Below are positions 25,240 to 39,695 of a stretch of 64,000 nt of DNA, one piece after another; position 1 is the stretch's first letter; each line of letters starts with the position of its first letter. A program made the position numbers and the translations under genes. The notes below the pieces were generated by a model that was given only the letters and a program-made list of their open reading frames with translations, was not told the DNA's origin and searched no databases. Location of the stretch: assembly GCF_006345805.1 (NCBI RefSeq), contig NC_043018.1:17980001-18044000 (forward strand), given 5' to 3'. This stretch comes from Octopus sinensis. Lineage: Eukaryota.

Positions 25240-26174
25240 TGAAATTTGTGTTTTTGTGATCGGGTGTATGCTGTGGTCTGCGATTTGGTCATGGACAGGA
25301 ACAAAGATCCAATGCGAAATGTTGCGTTAATCTTGGGATTTCAGCTACAGAGACATTGAGCATGCTTCATCAAGCTGACGGCGACGAGGCAATGGGTCGA
25401 ACGCAATGTTTCGAGTGACACGGAAGAACGTCCCTGGTAGACGATGAGAGATTTGGAAGACCTGCCACGAGAGTCACCTCCGGAAATGTGGTATTGCGCA
25501 AGGCGGCGAGCTGGCAGAAACGTTGGCACGCCGGGCGAAATGCTTAGCGGTATTTCGTCTGCCGTTACGTTCTGAGTTCAAATTCCGCCGAGGTCGACTT
25601 TGCCTTTCATCCTTTCGGGGTCGATAAATTAAGTACCAGTTAAGCACTGGGGTCGATGTAATCGACTTAATACCTATGTTTGTCCATGTTTGTCCCCTCT
25701 ACGTTTAGCCCCTTGTGGGTAATAAAGAAATAGGTATTGTGCATCGGGAATTCGTTCCCTCAGGGCCAAACCGTGAATCAAGAGGTTTACTGCAACGTTT
25801 TGAAGCGCCTGAGGGAGGACATTCGGCGAAAGCGACCGCATGTGGGGAAAGTGAAAGATTGGATACTTTACGGCGACAATGCACCCAGTCAACGTGATCT
25901 CCTCACTCGTGTGAGTTTCTCGCCCAAAACAACATGGCATCGCTTCGGCCCCCCCCCATTCACCAGATTTAGCACCTACGGATTTCCATCTCTTCACCAA
26001 AATGAAAATGCAGCTCAAAGGTCATCGTTTGAACACCGTTGTCGAGATCTTGAGCGAATCGTACTGGGTCTGGTGTATTGCTGCGCAAGGTGACTATTTC
26101 GAAAGCGATGATGTTAAAAGCTTAGATAGATAAGTTATGCTTCATTAAACATCACAAGTACCGGAAACCTCGTA
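25240..26174 (+). mobile_element. Internally deleted mariner (Tc1/mariner DD34D) transposon
   Basis: EQRSNAK..V.LG.SATETL.ML...GDEAM.RTQCFE...DDERFGRP; GIVHREFVP.GQTVNQEVYCNVLKRLREDIRRKRP; DNAP; SPDLAPTDFHLF.KMK..LKGHRF; CIAAQGDYFE; ends CCTCG-TA. Confidence 0.85.
25500..25732 (+). mobile_element. SINE family B inserted in mariner
   Basis: Full B copy; TSD GGTATTG(C/T)GCA at 25490-25500 and 25733-25743. Confidence 0.9.
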
Positions 26175-26314
26175 GCTAAAAGTTCTCATTTAGGACGACT
26201 CATCTGAAGAATTTAAACTTAACGTAACCTGCTCTCAGATCGTATTTGTTACACGCAACGGTTCTTTTTCAAAACAGTTTTGCTTTCAAGGAAGTTCTAG
26301 CAAGGAGCTAGTGA

Positions 26315-26364
<50 letters not shown>

Positions 26365-26495
26365 TACACACACACAGATACACACACACACAGATAGACA
26401 CACACACACAGATACACACACACACAGATACATACACACACACACAGACAGATACACACACACACACACAGATACACACACACACACACGCACAG

Positions 26496-26528
<33 letters not shown>

Positions 26529-26924
26529 TAAACACACATCTACGTACGTACATTTCTACGCAGATACCTAAATTGAAAGTGAAATAATATGCATCTGTAT
26601 AAGCTCACACAAGTATATGACCCCACATACATATATGTCTATGCATGAAGATATATTTATATATATGCACATATGTATATATTGTCTTGCAAATGTTTAT
26701 ATGTATGTAGTATATATGTATGCGGGTGAGAGCTCATATGTATATGAATGCATATATACATATACACATACATACATATATACATGCATGCATGCATAGA
26801 TACATGCATTCATCCATAAGTATGTATACATATGCATAAATCAAAATAATGTATATCCGTGTATGCATACACACTACATACATATATGTATGAAACTACG
26901 AATATATATATATATCTATATATA

Positions 26925-26966
<42 letters not shown>

Positions 26967-27072
26967 ATATGTATATATGTGTATATGTGTATATATGCAC
27001 ATATATATATATATATATATACATATGTATACGTATATATATATATATATATATACATATGTATATATATAT

Positions 27073-27135
<63 letters not shown>

Positions 27136-28056
27136 GCATATCTATTACGGAATACATAAGTACATGTAAAAAACAAAAATAGAATAACGTGCATCTGAAT
27201 ATGTCCACCCACACTGTGCATGCAACTGGATGCCGTCAATGACGTCTGCGAGTCCATTGTAACGGTTTGTAGAGGAAACCCAATCGCTTATGTCATTTTT
27301 ACACTTGATATGCGACTTAAATTAAAATGAAAATAACGAAAGACATAATAAATATAAAGAACGAATCAACCAAAGTATATAATTGAATAAATGAAACTGA
27401 AGTAAAGATGGCCACCCAATAAAATACAAACAAAAGCATTAGAAACGCACGATAAATCGTATTTCTTCAAACTTGAAGTATTATCAATTTTTACGTAGTT
27501 TATTGCTTTTCTTTCCAACTTGATTTTTTATAGACGAGTCTAACTCTTCCAGCTTATGTCACTGTTTATTGCGTCAAGATATTTATTTCCTAAGCCATTC
27601 CTGATATTTTCCATGAAGACAAGAATCCTCTTTACAAAAAGCTGCTTTCATTTTTATTCTTGTTATTTGATGGTCTTTAAAGGAAACGCTCTCTGTCCAT
27701 TATATATCTTTCATGGGCAATTCCAGTCTGAAGAATTGAAAATGACGACTGTCCAAGTTTTGTTGCTTGAATATATTTAATGTTTTTATTGAAAGAAGCG
27801 GTTGTGGCCTCGTTCGCTGGTTGTTGATGTGTGAGCAAACACAAGGACAAAAGGACGGACGTTGCTGACGAGTTAGATATAGGAATATATAGTAGCAGAG
27901 TTATATAGAGTAATAGAGTTAACTATAGTGAAATAGTAATAAAAGACGAAAGTGGAGAGGAGTGGGGGGGAGAAGGTTGGTGTGTAACGTTTGCAAGCGT
28001 CGTCTTCGTGGAATGTAGGTATGAATGTATATATTTAGGTATATATATGCATCTAT

Positions 28057-28128
<72 letters not shown>

Positions 28129-28377
28129 ATATCTATCTATCTCTATCTGTCTGTCTGTCTGTCTGTCTGTATTTCTGTCTGTCTGCTGTCTGTCTGTCTG
28201 TCTGTCTGTCTGTTTCTCTATTCATCTAATTACCTACTTACATACCTATCTACCTAACTTCCTACCTAACTACCTCTCTCTCTCTCTCTCTCTCTCTGTC
28301 TCTGTCTATTTTCCTCTTGTTTGTATTTATGCGCGCGCATGTTTGTATGTATCTCTCTCCCCTCCGTATATATATCC

Positions 28378-28448
<71 letters not shown>

Positions 28449-28602
28449 TATATATATATACATATATACATATACATATACATACATATATATATATATA
28501 CATATATATATATACATATACATATACATACATATACATATATACATATACATACATACATACATACATACACACATATATATGTATGTGTATATGTATA
28601 TG

Positions 28603-28646
<44 letters not shown>

Positions 28647-29550
28647 ATATTATATATATATACATCTATGTAACTGTCTTAAAGATTTGATGAATTAGTT
28701 GTCATGAAAGACAAGGGAAGTTGTTAACTGAACTGAATATTGATTAGTACATACATACATACGTATAATATATATATATATACATGTACGAATATGTACG
28801 GCATGCCTATGTAGACATAGCCATATGTACACATGGACGTGTGAAATTCTATAATGTATCACACTGTCCAGTAATTTGACGCATTACGATGATGCATTGT
28901 TGTACATAAATCAATATTATATAAAACGTTACACTTCTTTGCTGTTTTGTCCTTTTGTCTCATCTCAGCGACGACCATCGTCTCTCCGTACGTTTGTTGT
29001 TATCGCAAATGCTGAGTGAATGCAGTGTACGCGTCCCAGCTGAAGACGATGGCTCACTGCCTATCGTAAACACTATATTAATACTGCTCTGTCTTGAGTT
29101 TGGCTATGAGTTTGTTGCAGTAATCTTGGATTCCCGCAGTTGCAGGTTAAGTTTTTGATTGCTGAGACGTGAACTAATGAAATACGTAATTCAGAGATAA
29201 CGTTGTTGTTATGAAATAGCAAGGATAAAGTGTATTATCGCTCAGCATCGCGATCAACGGAGGCACCGCTCTTGTCATGCGAGATATATTATGTTGCAGT
29301 TCTCTGTTGCGCTCATTCAATGGAGCCGATGCGATGAGCTGAGAAATGCGGTGAGAAATTCTTCACAATATAAAAGCACAGTTGTGGCTGTGTTTAAGAG
29401 GTTTACTTTCTAACCACAGGGTTTTTGGTTCAGTTCCAGTGCATGGCACCTCGGGACAACGCCGTCTGCTATAGCCTCATGCCGACCAAAGCCTCGTGAG
29501 TAGATTTGGTAGACGGAAATGGAAAAACTCCCGACGTATATATATATATT

Positions 29551-29822
29551 ATATTAAATTAGAGACAAAACCACTATTAGGCAAATCAAACAATGAAAGA
29601 CTTAAACCTCGCCAAAAAAAATATTTAAACCACCTGATGAATGACTGCGACTCAAAAATTTGAAGACTGCAGGCAGGAAACGATCGTGGTGGGATATTAA
29701 TTATATTTTTTTAATAATTTTGTTATATATTTAAATGATATAAATTAAATTATTTTATGTATTGGCTTAAGTCTTTCTTTGTTTGATTTGCCTAATAGTG
29801 GTTTTGTCTCTAATTTAATATA
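29551..29822. repeat. (TA)n-flanked element with ~55-bp inverted arms enclosing a hammerhead-like motif
   Basis: ATTAAATTAGAGACAAAACCACTATTAGGCAAATCAAACA.TGAAAGACTTAA is the reverse complement of 29767-29822. Confidence 0.75.
29630..29692 (+). ncRNA. Type-I hammerhead-like motif (GUG at the cleavage triplet)
   Basis: CCAC-CTGATGA-A-TGACTGC...GCAGGCA-G-GAAAC-GATC-GTG-GTGG: helix I CCAC/GTGG, palindromic ACGATCGT. Confidence 0.55.
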
Positions 29823-29901
29823 ATATAATATTTTACTATAAAATTGGATTAAATCATAAATCTGATTTTTCCCTGTAAGTTTGGATTTATTCCCTAATAT
29901 T

Positions 29902-29936
<35 letters not shown>

Positions 29937-30159
29937 AGAACGGATCACCACTGCACAGTGCCAAAGATCCCAGCAATGCCATCGCGCTTCAGGACCAGTT
30001 ACTGCAACATCCTGGGTTTCAGGGGCCCACTGCCTTTTAATATTCTCCCTAAGAGCCACGGCAGGAGGTATAAATGAGGGTAGTTACATCAAACTCTTTT
30101 ATTCACCAAATTCCACATATCAGAGGAGGTACTCGATAATAACAGTGTAGAAAAACGAC

Positions 30160-30445
30160 TTTGCCCCAGCATGGCCACAGCAGCATCAGTTGCCAAGCGA
30201 TGGTGGGGGGACAAATACAGTCATATAAACATGCACACACACACAAACACACATATGCATATACACACACACACACACGCTTACACACATATCAGAGGGT
30301 TCCTTTCAGTTTTTGGCTACCAAATCCACCCACAAGGCTTTGGTCAACCCGAAAGTAGAAGTCATTTGTCCAAGGTGCCACGCTGTGAGACTGAACCCAG
30401 AACCATTTGGTTGGTAAGCAAGCTGCTTACCACACAGTCCACTCA
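30160..30445 (-). mobile_element. SINE family A, diverged and deleted
   Basis: CTTACCACACAG...GTCCAAGGTGCCACG...CTTTCAGTTT...CCAAATCCAC. Confidence 0.7.
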
Positions 30446-30675
30446 CTCCAGGTACTCAGTAACTCACTGAAACACTGAAGTGGCAATCTTTTCTACAGAT
30501 CGGACATAATATTAATAATTTTCTGACTGTCAGTAGACTTTACGCCTCGTCTAACCAAAAGGCATCTGATTATGGCTTTACAGACAAATAAACACCGATT
30601 CACAGCAATTCTTTAATAGCAAAAGTTTCACGGATGTCTTGCAGCTTTTAAGTTTCTCTTCGCTGTTTATGTTCT

Positions 30676-31095
30676 TCGAACCAATTCTACTATATGGCTC
30701 AGAAACCTGGACGTTATCAAAGAAACTTGAGAGGCGGTTGGATGGAACCTACACTCGCCTCCTTATGAGAGCTCAAAATCTCTCGTGGAAGCGCCATCCA
30801 ACCAAAATGCAAATATATGGGAAACTACCACCTGTGTCATCTCTTGTGAAAGGTAGGAGAGTCCAGTTTGCTGGACATTGTTGTAGAGCTGAAAAAGAAG
30901 TAATTTCTACTCTTCTCCTCTGGAAGCCATCTACTCGCAATACCAGAGGGCGCACACTCTCCTACCCTGATGTAATCTCCAGGGATACAGGCATCCAACA
31001 ACAGGACCTCCGTAATGCCATGATGGACCGTGCAGTCTGGCGTAGCATGGTAAATTCCATTGTCTCAACCACGGTCGAACAATGATGATGATGAT
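30676..31095 (+). mobile_element. RTE-clade LINE, 5'-truncated 3' fragment
   Basis: Open frame EPILLYGSETWTL...RRVQFAGHCCR...AMMDRAVWR*, then a (TGA)n tail. Confidence 0.85.
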
Positions 31096-32137
31096 TGCCT
31101 ATTTACATCGCCAAAATATATTCAAACGTACAAATACGTATCCACAAACACACAAACACATTCACATGGAGAAGGCTGGGTTGGATCAAGTTTCCATTTC
31201 TCACCAGCGGAACTACTATTCATCAAATGTTAACGGTGCCATCACAATTAATAGTGCATTCACATACACGCACCAACATATTGATACATGCATATTAATA
31301 CAAACTTTGACCAACGCACATATACAAGAAAACGTACCTAAAGAGTTATACAAAGAAAACGTTTTCCCAGAGTCTCAAATGAAATAGACAACCAGTAATT
31401 AGTTTAACAGACAACTCCAATAAGTAAAATCGAATTTTCCTCATTAATATCTATTTCAATTCGACATTCTTGATCGAAATAAAATTCAAAAAACAATAGC
31501 AAGAGTCGCTCAAGTATAGAATACCACTTATAAAATGCGACACTTTACTCCTTTTGCATACTCACACACATAGCATATAAACACATACGTAGGTATATAT
31601 TTAACAGGAAATTTCAAAAGAAAAGCTCACGGACCACAGTAGTAAGAATAGATAAAGAAACAACACTAATAGAACCGGTAAACAACATTATACGCACATC
31701 CAAGTCTTTAATATTCTCTAGTATTGAGCAAAGTAAAATTCACACCAAGAAAACTATTCTATCGTTTACATTAATATTTTGAAACACAATAGGAAATACA
31801 CATTAGCTCGTCATCAACAAAACATACTTAACCCCCACCCCACAAAGTAAAGAACAAAAAGGACAGATTCAAGAAGATTAAGAGATAAATTCAGAAAATA
31901 ACAGCAGAATAAGAATGATAAAACATATTACAAACACGCTTCTCATTAAAATATTCAAGGAAAGTAATCATCAGGAAACAAAAAGCGAAACCAATGAACA
32001 GACAGAAACAGGAAAGTAGATTTGCACCAACGTGTAGAAGTACACCACTAAATTTAGAAGTAAGAGTTCTCACCTGTAGATCGCAGTGACATGAAACTCG
32101 AGTCACAAGGGAAACAATCACTTTCAATAGAGTATAG

Positions 32138-32438
32138 GGTTAAGGCCCCCATCGGTCACGAATGACCACAGGATTGCATCTAGAAAGTTCTCCTCCGGGG
32201 TACAAGTCCACGCATGTGTACTAGTCTCCACTCTCCACGCCAATGTTATCCAAAGATAAAGCAGAGGCTGATGCAGCTTGCTACCAGTGACATCGCAACT
32301 TATTTCTATAGCTGAGTGGACTTGGGCAAAGTGAAATAAAGTGTCTTGTTCAAGAACGCAAAACACAGCCCACTACATGAATCGAACTCACGACCTAACG
32401 ATTGTCAACCCGTCGCTCTAACCACTGAGCTATGTGCC
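32138..32438 (-). mobile_element. tRNA/CORE-like SINE, family F (D-type head, distinct tail)
   Basis: Minus strand TAGCTCAGTGGTTAGAGC...GTGAGTTCGATTC...CTTGAACAAGACACTTTATTTCAC, then an unrelated tail ending GGTCATTCGTGACCGATGGGGG. Confidence 0.7.
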
Positions 32439-32492
32439 TACAAACACCATATAATATGTGTATTAAGTTCTCTCTCTATATATATATATATA

Positions 32493-32637
32493 GTGTGGCA
32501 GTGTGGTAAGAAGCTTGCTACCAAACCACATGGTCCCGGATTCAGCCCCACAGCATGGCACCTTGGGCAAGAGTCTTCTCTATAACTTCGGGCCTTGTGA
32601 TGGAATTTGGTAGACGGAAACTGAAAGAAGCCTGTCG

Positions 32638-32676
<39 letters not shown>

Positions 32677-32931
32677 TGTGTGTGTGTGTGTGTGTGTAAA
32701 TATATATTTATGTGTGTATGTCTGTATGTTTGTATTTGTCTCCCACCATCGCTTGACAACTAATTTTGGTATGTTTATGTCCCCATAACTTAGTGGCTCG
32801 GCAAAAGAGACCGATAATATATGTATTAGTGTTACATAGAATAAGTTCTGGTGTCGATTTCTTCAATTAAAAAACCCTTTAAAGCGTTACTTTAGCATGG
32901 CCGCAGTCAAATAATTGAAACAAATAAAAGA
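32493..32931 (+). mobile_element. SINE family A, diverged
   Basis: GTGTGGTAAGAAGCTTGC...GGCACCTTGGGCAAG...GGTAGACGGAAACTGAAAGAAGCCTGTCG...GCATGGCCGCAGTCAAA. Confidence 0.8.
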
Positions 32932-33904
32932 ACACACACACACATACACACATACAGACACAGACGCACAACGGTCTTGTAAAAGCTTTAGCCCATCAAT
33001 TCCGCCCACAATTTGTCAACTCGAATTCACGATAAAAGTCTTTTGACTCAAATTTTGGAGGAATGTTTGGTCGGATAAATGGAGCCCAGTGTAAGTGTAT
33101 TAATTTTATCGGTCACTTTTGCCGGTTGGTACTTCATATTTGTCGACACTGAATGGATAAACGGTGAATATAGTCTCGGCAGGATTTGAACTCAGAGCAT
33201 AGAGAACGGAAACAAGTATAGCAAGCGTTGCAACGCACGGACGCATACTCAACGCTCTAACCGATCTACCAAAGCACCATCCTTATTAGTTATAAACACT
33301 AAATGTATTGTTTGTATATGTTCCATTGTTCCCCAAGCTCCAGTGCCTGTTATTTTATGGATCAAAGAATCTGCATGCTAATGCACTCCCCTGCCACATG
33401 CCAGATAAAGACCAACACAACCGAAGCTGCCAATATAGAAATCTGTTCGTCTTGCTTCTCTACAAACCACCGTAGACAACAGCACATGAAAATCAATCCG
33501 TAACAACTTGACGCTAAAAACAATTCACCAGAATTAAAATCCAATTCAACAGATTCTTCAGAAAACACAGCTACTTTTATAAATAGACAGAATCAACGTA
33601 AAGTTTATCTTCGTATGATCATTCGTAGGATGGAGTTGACATTCAGAGTGATCTATTGAACTTTCCAAGAGCTGAGTACTCTTACTTGGAGCTGTATGCC
33701 AACACAATACATTATCCTAATCCACACACATACATACATAAGAACATACATGTGCATACACACACCCACCGACCCACACGAAGTACTACATTTATATGGA
33801 TGCATGTATAACACATTCATATATATACATATACACACCATTCAAGTGTAGAAGCATCGAGAATTGTATAATATAAAGGTATTCTGGAAGCGAATTCTGC
33901 TAGA

Positions 33905-34686
33905 AATAATCCTTTCTATTATTTGCACAAGGCTTGACATTTTGTGGGGAAGGGTTCACTTGTTTATCACCAATTCCAGAGTTCGACTGGCACTTATTTT
34001 ATCGACCCCGAGAGGGTAACATAGAAAGTCGACCTCAGCAGTAATCGAACGCAGATCATAAAACTAGAAGAGACACTGCAGCTAAACCTTATGTCCAGCG
34101 CGTGAACGACTTAACGCCATCTCGCTGACTTAAACACAGATACAAATAATGGGTTCAAATTTCGAGACAGAGCAAGCAATCTCAGGGGAGTAAGTAAGTC
34201 GATATAATCGACCCTAATACTGCTCTGGTACTTATGGACTCTGAAAGGGGTGAAATGGCAAGGTCGACTTCAACGGAATTTGAATTCAGAACGTAAAGAC
34301 GCACGGAATGCCACGAAGCAATTTTGCCCGGCGTGCCAAGGAGTCTGCCAACTGGTTGCCTTGGATACTGCCATAAATATTGCTTATAGGATAAATAACT
34401 GCTTAAGCAATCACGACAAGACACACCTGTCTGTTATGGTTAAACAGAAATATATATATATTTCTTTATTACCCACGAGGGGCTAAACACAGAGGGGACA
34501 AACAAGGACAGACAAAGGGATTAAGTCGACTATATCGACCCCAGTGCGTAACTGGTACTTAATTTATCGACCCCGAAAGGATGAAAGGCAAAGTCGACCT
34601 CGGCAGAATTTGAACTCGGAACGTAACGACAGACGAAATACGGCTACGAATTTCGCCCGGCGTGCTAACGTTTCTACCAGCTCGCA
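33905..34686 (-). mobile_element. Cluster of family-B SINEs (two old copies with an alternative tail, one young copy 34459-34686)
   Basis: Repeated TTATCGACCCCGAAAGGATGAAAGGCAAAGTCGACCTCGGC-like core; the young copy is flanked by CAGAAATATATATATA repeats. Confidence 0.75.
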
Positions 34687-35131
34687 GAAATATATATATA
34701 CAGATGTGGCGACAGCGCTAAGCAGTGTTGTACCTATGATACCAATTTATTACCAGGTCAAATATGCTTGGAGAAACGTGCATGCGCCCACATTCTGATT
34801 AGGTGACGCTGCGAGCTGATTCGAGTTCGAATTTGCCTTAAGCATATTTGAACTGGCAATAAGTTTGTATATAACATACGTATACACGCAGACTCACACA
34901 CACACGCGCACACACACACTCTCTCTCTCTCTTTTCCTCGCTCTCTCATACACGCTCACACACGCTCCCTGCCGCATATATGTATGTATATATTGTTTAT
35001 ATGGCTGTATGGACATATGCGCATGCAAGCACATGGAGTGTATTGACCCGACAATTTGTTTATATTTTGCTACGTTTCGGTTTTTATATAGCTTAACATC
35101 ATCCTTGCTATTTTGTTGTGATTGCATTTTT

Positions 35132-35174
<43 letters not shown>

Positions 35175-35202
35175 ATGAATGTATGTATGTATGTATGTAT
35201 GG

Positions 35203-35238
<36 letters not shown>

Positions 35239-35255
35239 GTCTGTCTGTCTCTCTG

Positions 35256-35324
<69 letters not shown>

Positions 35325-35472
35325 TCTTCCCTTTTACGATCCCTCTTGATCGAAAACCTACGCCACCCCCTTTTTTTTCTTTTGTTTTTTGTTCTCTTCA
35401 TCCCCCAAAAGAAAAGCTCTACCTTGTAACTTGTCCCATCTGTGTGCAGCCCTGTGTGGCCAATAAAGAAAC

Positions 35473-35541
<69 letters not shown>

Positions 35542-36127
35542 GGAACACTCAATCTTTCTACTCTTCCAGGACCTTAATGTATGTATGTATGTATGTCATT
35601 GTTCAGTTTTATTTCAACATTTCCTGCCAGTAGAGAAAGAGCCGGTTTCTTACGTAGATCCAAGGGTCCTTCATTGGAATTTCAACTACAGAGTGTTTTT
35701 GCATGTATGTATGTATGTATGTATGTATGTATGTATGTGTATGTATGTATGTATGTATGTATGCATGTATGTATGTATGCATGTATGTATGTATATATAT
35801 ATATATATGTATGTATGTATATATATCCACCCACTACACTGAATTAGCAGATATCAGTGAGTAATGGCGTCCACCCACACGTCATCTTTACTCAAATATT
35901 GTATATCTAGCATTACTTTATCTGATGTATCTCCGTCTTCAAGAGAGTGAAGGGTAATTCAAATATGACAACTGCTATTTCTAGCAAGCACAAATATTCC
36001 ATTAAATCTTTAAAGTGTTTCAGGTTTAAAGCTGTGGTCTGACTTGCTTTTCGTAACGTTTCCATTGCAGGTTCTTATAGATCTCCGTTGTACACCGTGC
36101 TTAGATTTGCAGATAGATACATCAAAA

Positions 36128-36664
36128 TGCAGGAGATAATCATCTGGATGGGAGGGAAGAAAAAGTTACGAGGCGTGGAGGGTTTCTAACCACTACTTCA
36201 ATCTGTAAATTGCCCAGTAAAAAACAAAAGATCGAAGGATATGAATGAATTTAATTGCTACTCTGAGGAATTACTACACCGGATGCATCCTGACAAATAC
36301 TTCCGGTGAGAAAATACAGGGAGAAGTACATCAAATCGTGACATTAAATCCATTTGGGCAGCAGCAACAATTCCGGCTGATGCAATGGAATATTCTTTTG
36401 ATCTTCCTTTAAGCTTATAAGGTCCGTGTAGAAACAAAATTAGTCATTACTCTCTTTTTACTCTCTCCTTTACTTGTTTCAGTCATTTGACTGCGGCCAT
36501 GCTGGAGCACCGCCTTTTAGTCGAGCAAATCGACCCCGGGACTTATTCTTTTGTAAGCCCAGTACTTATTCTATCGGTCGCTTTTGCCGAACCGCTAAGT
36601 GACGGGGACGTAAACACACCAGCATCGGTTGTCAAGCAATGCTAGGGGAACAAACACAGACACA

Positions 36665-36710
<46 letters not shown>

Positions 36711-37202
36711 CATATATACGACAGGCTTCTTTCAGTTTCCGTCTACCAAATTCACTCACAAGGCATTGGTCGGCCCAGGGCTATAGCAGAAGACACTTGC
36801 CCAAGGTGCCACGCAGTGGGACTGAACCCGGAACCATGTGGTTGGTTAGCAAGCTTGTTTCATTCTACTAAATAGTCACCTTCTTCTCAATCAAGTGAAG
36901 CTAACTCCCCCCATTATGTTTTCCCGTTCTTCTTACAGCTTCGTCAAAGTAAAGGAATAATAGCGGCTGGGCCGTTTGCAGGAGATGACAGACTTGGATG
37001 GGAGGGAAGAAAAAGCCACGAGGCGTGGCGTGTTCCTAATCACTATTTCAATCCCTGTAAATCGCTAAGTAAAAAAAAATCAAAGGCTATGAATGAATCT
37101 AATTGCTTCTCTGAGGAATTACTAGACCGGATGCATCCTGACAAATACTTCCGGTGAGAAAATACAGGGAAAAGTACATCAAATCGCGACATTAAATCCA
37201 TT
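36128..37202 (+). repeat. Local direct duplication (~225 bp; 36128-36354 and 36977-37202)
   Basis: TGGATGGGAGGGAAGAAAAAG...CCGGATGCATCCTGACAAATACTTCCGGTGAGAAAATACAGGGA...ACATTAAATCCATT occurs twice. Confidence 0.85.
36449..36856 (-). mobile_element. SINE family A
   Basis: Reverse complement of the A consensus, lacking the first ~25 nt. Confidence 0.9.
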
Positions 37203-39695
37203 ACTTGTCTCAAACGTCGCTAATACAAATTTAAGTGTGATGTAGTGGTGTTAATTCAAATGATGGATTAAATATCTCATTCAGGAGGGGCGTTGATGAA
37301 AACTGGAGGCGATAATGGGGTGGCCAAAGGGGGCAATAGATGTATAAACAACAAAATAATTAGCTAATTAAGATAAGTCTTATTTTGAAATACAGTTATT
37401 TGGAATTTGATGCAGAAAGCGGTCTATGTTTGTGATGGGGGTGGGGGGTTACAAGAAATGTGGCCCGTGTGCCAAAGGGATGTCAGCCTGAAAAAGTTTG
37501 GGGGCAACAGCTCAAAACCATGAAGAATTTATCAGCCTTGAAAGAGAAAACCTATCATCAACAACAATCCACCATTTGGCTCTTTCTTCAATCGTTGTGC
37601 TTCTTTCGCTACATTATCTAATGTGTCCTTCCTTTCTTAAAGACAATAAAGAGTAAGTTGAGGAAAAATTGCCTGCTTTTTCTAGCAGATTGTTTGACGA
37701 CCTCGTTGATCCATTGTTGATTTCGATTTTATAATGTTTCCATTGCATGTTCTTGTAAATCTTCAGCATGTTCAGTATTCAGGCTTGAGGTGAGATCTGT
37801 CAAAATACAGCAGATAATCATCCGACTATATTTATAGACAGGGTCGATAGGTCAGCAGATGGCGCCCAACATTGTTTTAAAGAGATCCCACTTTATTGTG
37901 CGTTGGACGAGGTTAAGTGTGTCTATAAGAGCGTCAATGTTGTTTCATTAACAACTGCAAGTTATTAAATGTACGAGATATGAGATGTGCTCAAGTGCTT
38001 CAGGTTATTCATCATCTTCGATAAACATTATCCACCTTTAATCTCTCCCAGTCTTTCTCTCATAATCAAGCAGCCTGTCATAACCGAGCAAACGTAATTG
38101 CTGGACTACTTCTTTAATCTATTCAACAATATTCTTCAAAAATTTATGTTCGATACTTGCCTCATTCAAATTTCAATTCTATTAAACTCAGCAGACGCCA
38201 ATATTCCTGCTTAATTCCAGAGAATTCTTTAATCGCTTTCATTGAAGTCATTTTATAGAATTGATAATACTTTCCATACTTTAACGGAACGAACATGTTG
38301 ATAATTTCCAGACAACATTTCAAAGTTATTAAACACGAATTGATGTAGAAAAGATCAAACCACAAAGGAAAACAAAGAAAGCGAATTTACGTAAAACCAT
38401 ATTTACAGGAAATAAGCAATTAACAAAACATAATCACTTCTCCGAAATTTTTCTAAGCTTGTTTTATTGAATTTGAACATTGTATATCAATTGAAAATTG
38501 TCAAAAGATGATTAGACGAACAATAGATTTCCCAGCTGGAATATGTGCTACTGTAGTTACTCTTCATCAATGCAAGATTTTTAATAGAAAAACATAAGAA
38601 ACAAAGCTGGCGAGACTAGAGTTATATTAGTGTGAAATATTAAAAAAAAAAGCAACTCTCAAAGCAAGAGAATAATATATACTTCTGATTTTTATGTACA
38701 AAATACTGGAGTCGAATTAAATGTGTGACCGCATTGCCCTCAAATACATACTCAGTGAATTCATTACTCAGTCGCCAGGAAATGAAACATTTTCTTTCAT
38801 ATTAGATTTTCGTTGCATTTTCAATTTTTACAATTTTCATGTTTCAATATTTGCGGATTCGTTTTGAAATTGTAAGTTAATTCTGCTTGTGTGTTACAAA
38901 AGATAGCCTCATTTCGAAGCCTACTAATTACTTAATAAAGTTAGAAATATTATTTTATCTGTAGACTGCTTCGAATGTAAGATGTTTTGGAAAGAAATCT
39001 ACTTTGTAAGAACATTCGTCTCATAGAAAAGCAGACGGAATTCTGGCAATTATATAGCATAACAGTCATTGTAGCGTAGACAGTAAGATTTCTCTCCTTA
39101 AGAACGCTGTCATGCACAATGGTAAATTGATTCCTGAACCAAAAATTTTGTTCAGCCTTAGGTCAGTGCTGGTCGATAAAACTTGTAATCAAAAATGCTC
39201 CAGCTGTGTTTTGTTTTAGTTTACCTCAGAATACACTATCCAATAATTTCTATCTTGTTTTGTAATCTAATAGCAATTTGGCTGCTATGTCTAGCTCCTG
39301 GTGTATTATTTCAAAGTTGCGGCTGTCTTTGAAGATTTTCATTATTGTTCAGGATTTAACTTCCGGCATAAAAATATCCTGACGTGATAGAAAAGATATT
39401 TTTGTTGCAGCCAATTTTACTCTGAATTTATTAAACAATGTAATTGTTTAATATTACAGTCAATAGAATTTAAACTGCATTTCATGTTTGGTTCTCATTG
39501 TACGAATCTCACAGAGATGAAAGGTAAAGTCGATTTCCGGTTGGTTTCAAATCAGAAAACTGAGAAATAAAGAAAATATCGTTAGTGTTTCCTATCCACC
39601 ATGTTTGATTAAAGTAAATAATAACATTATAACGATTTCAAACACAGAATCAAAGCCAGGAAGTCGTGGTGGTGTGGGAAGGAAGAGTCATTGAA

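Noticed and set aside
30639-31085. Host protein-coding gene (148 aa)
   Set aside because: C-terminal fragment of an RTE LINE ORF with a (TGA)n tail.
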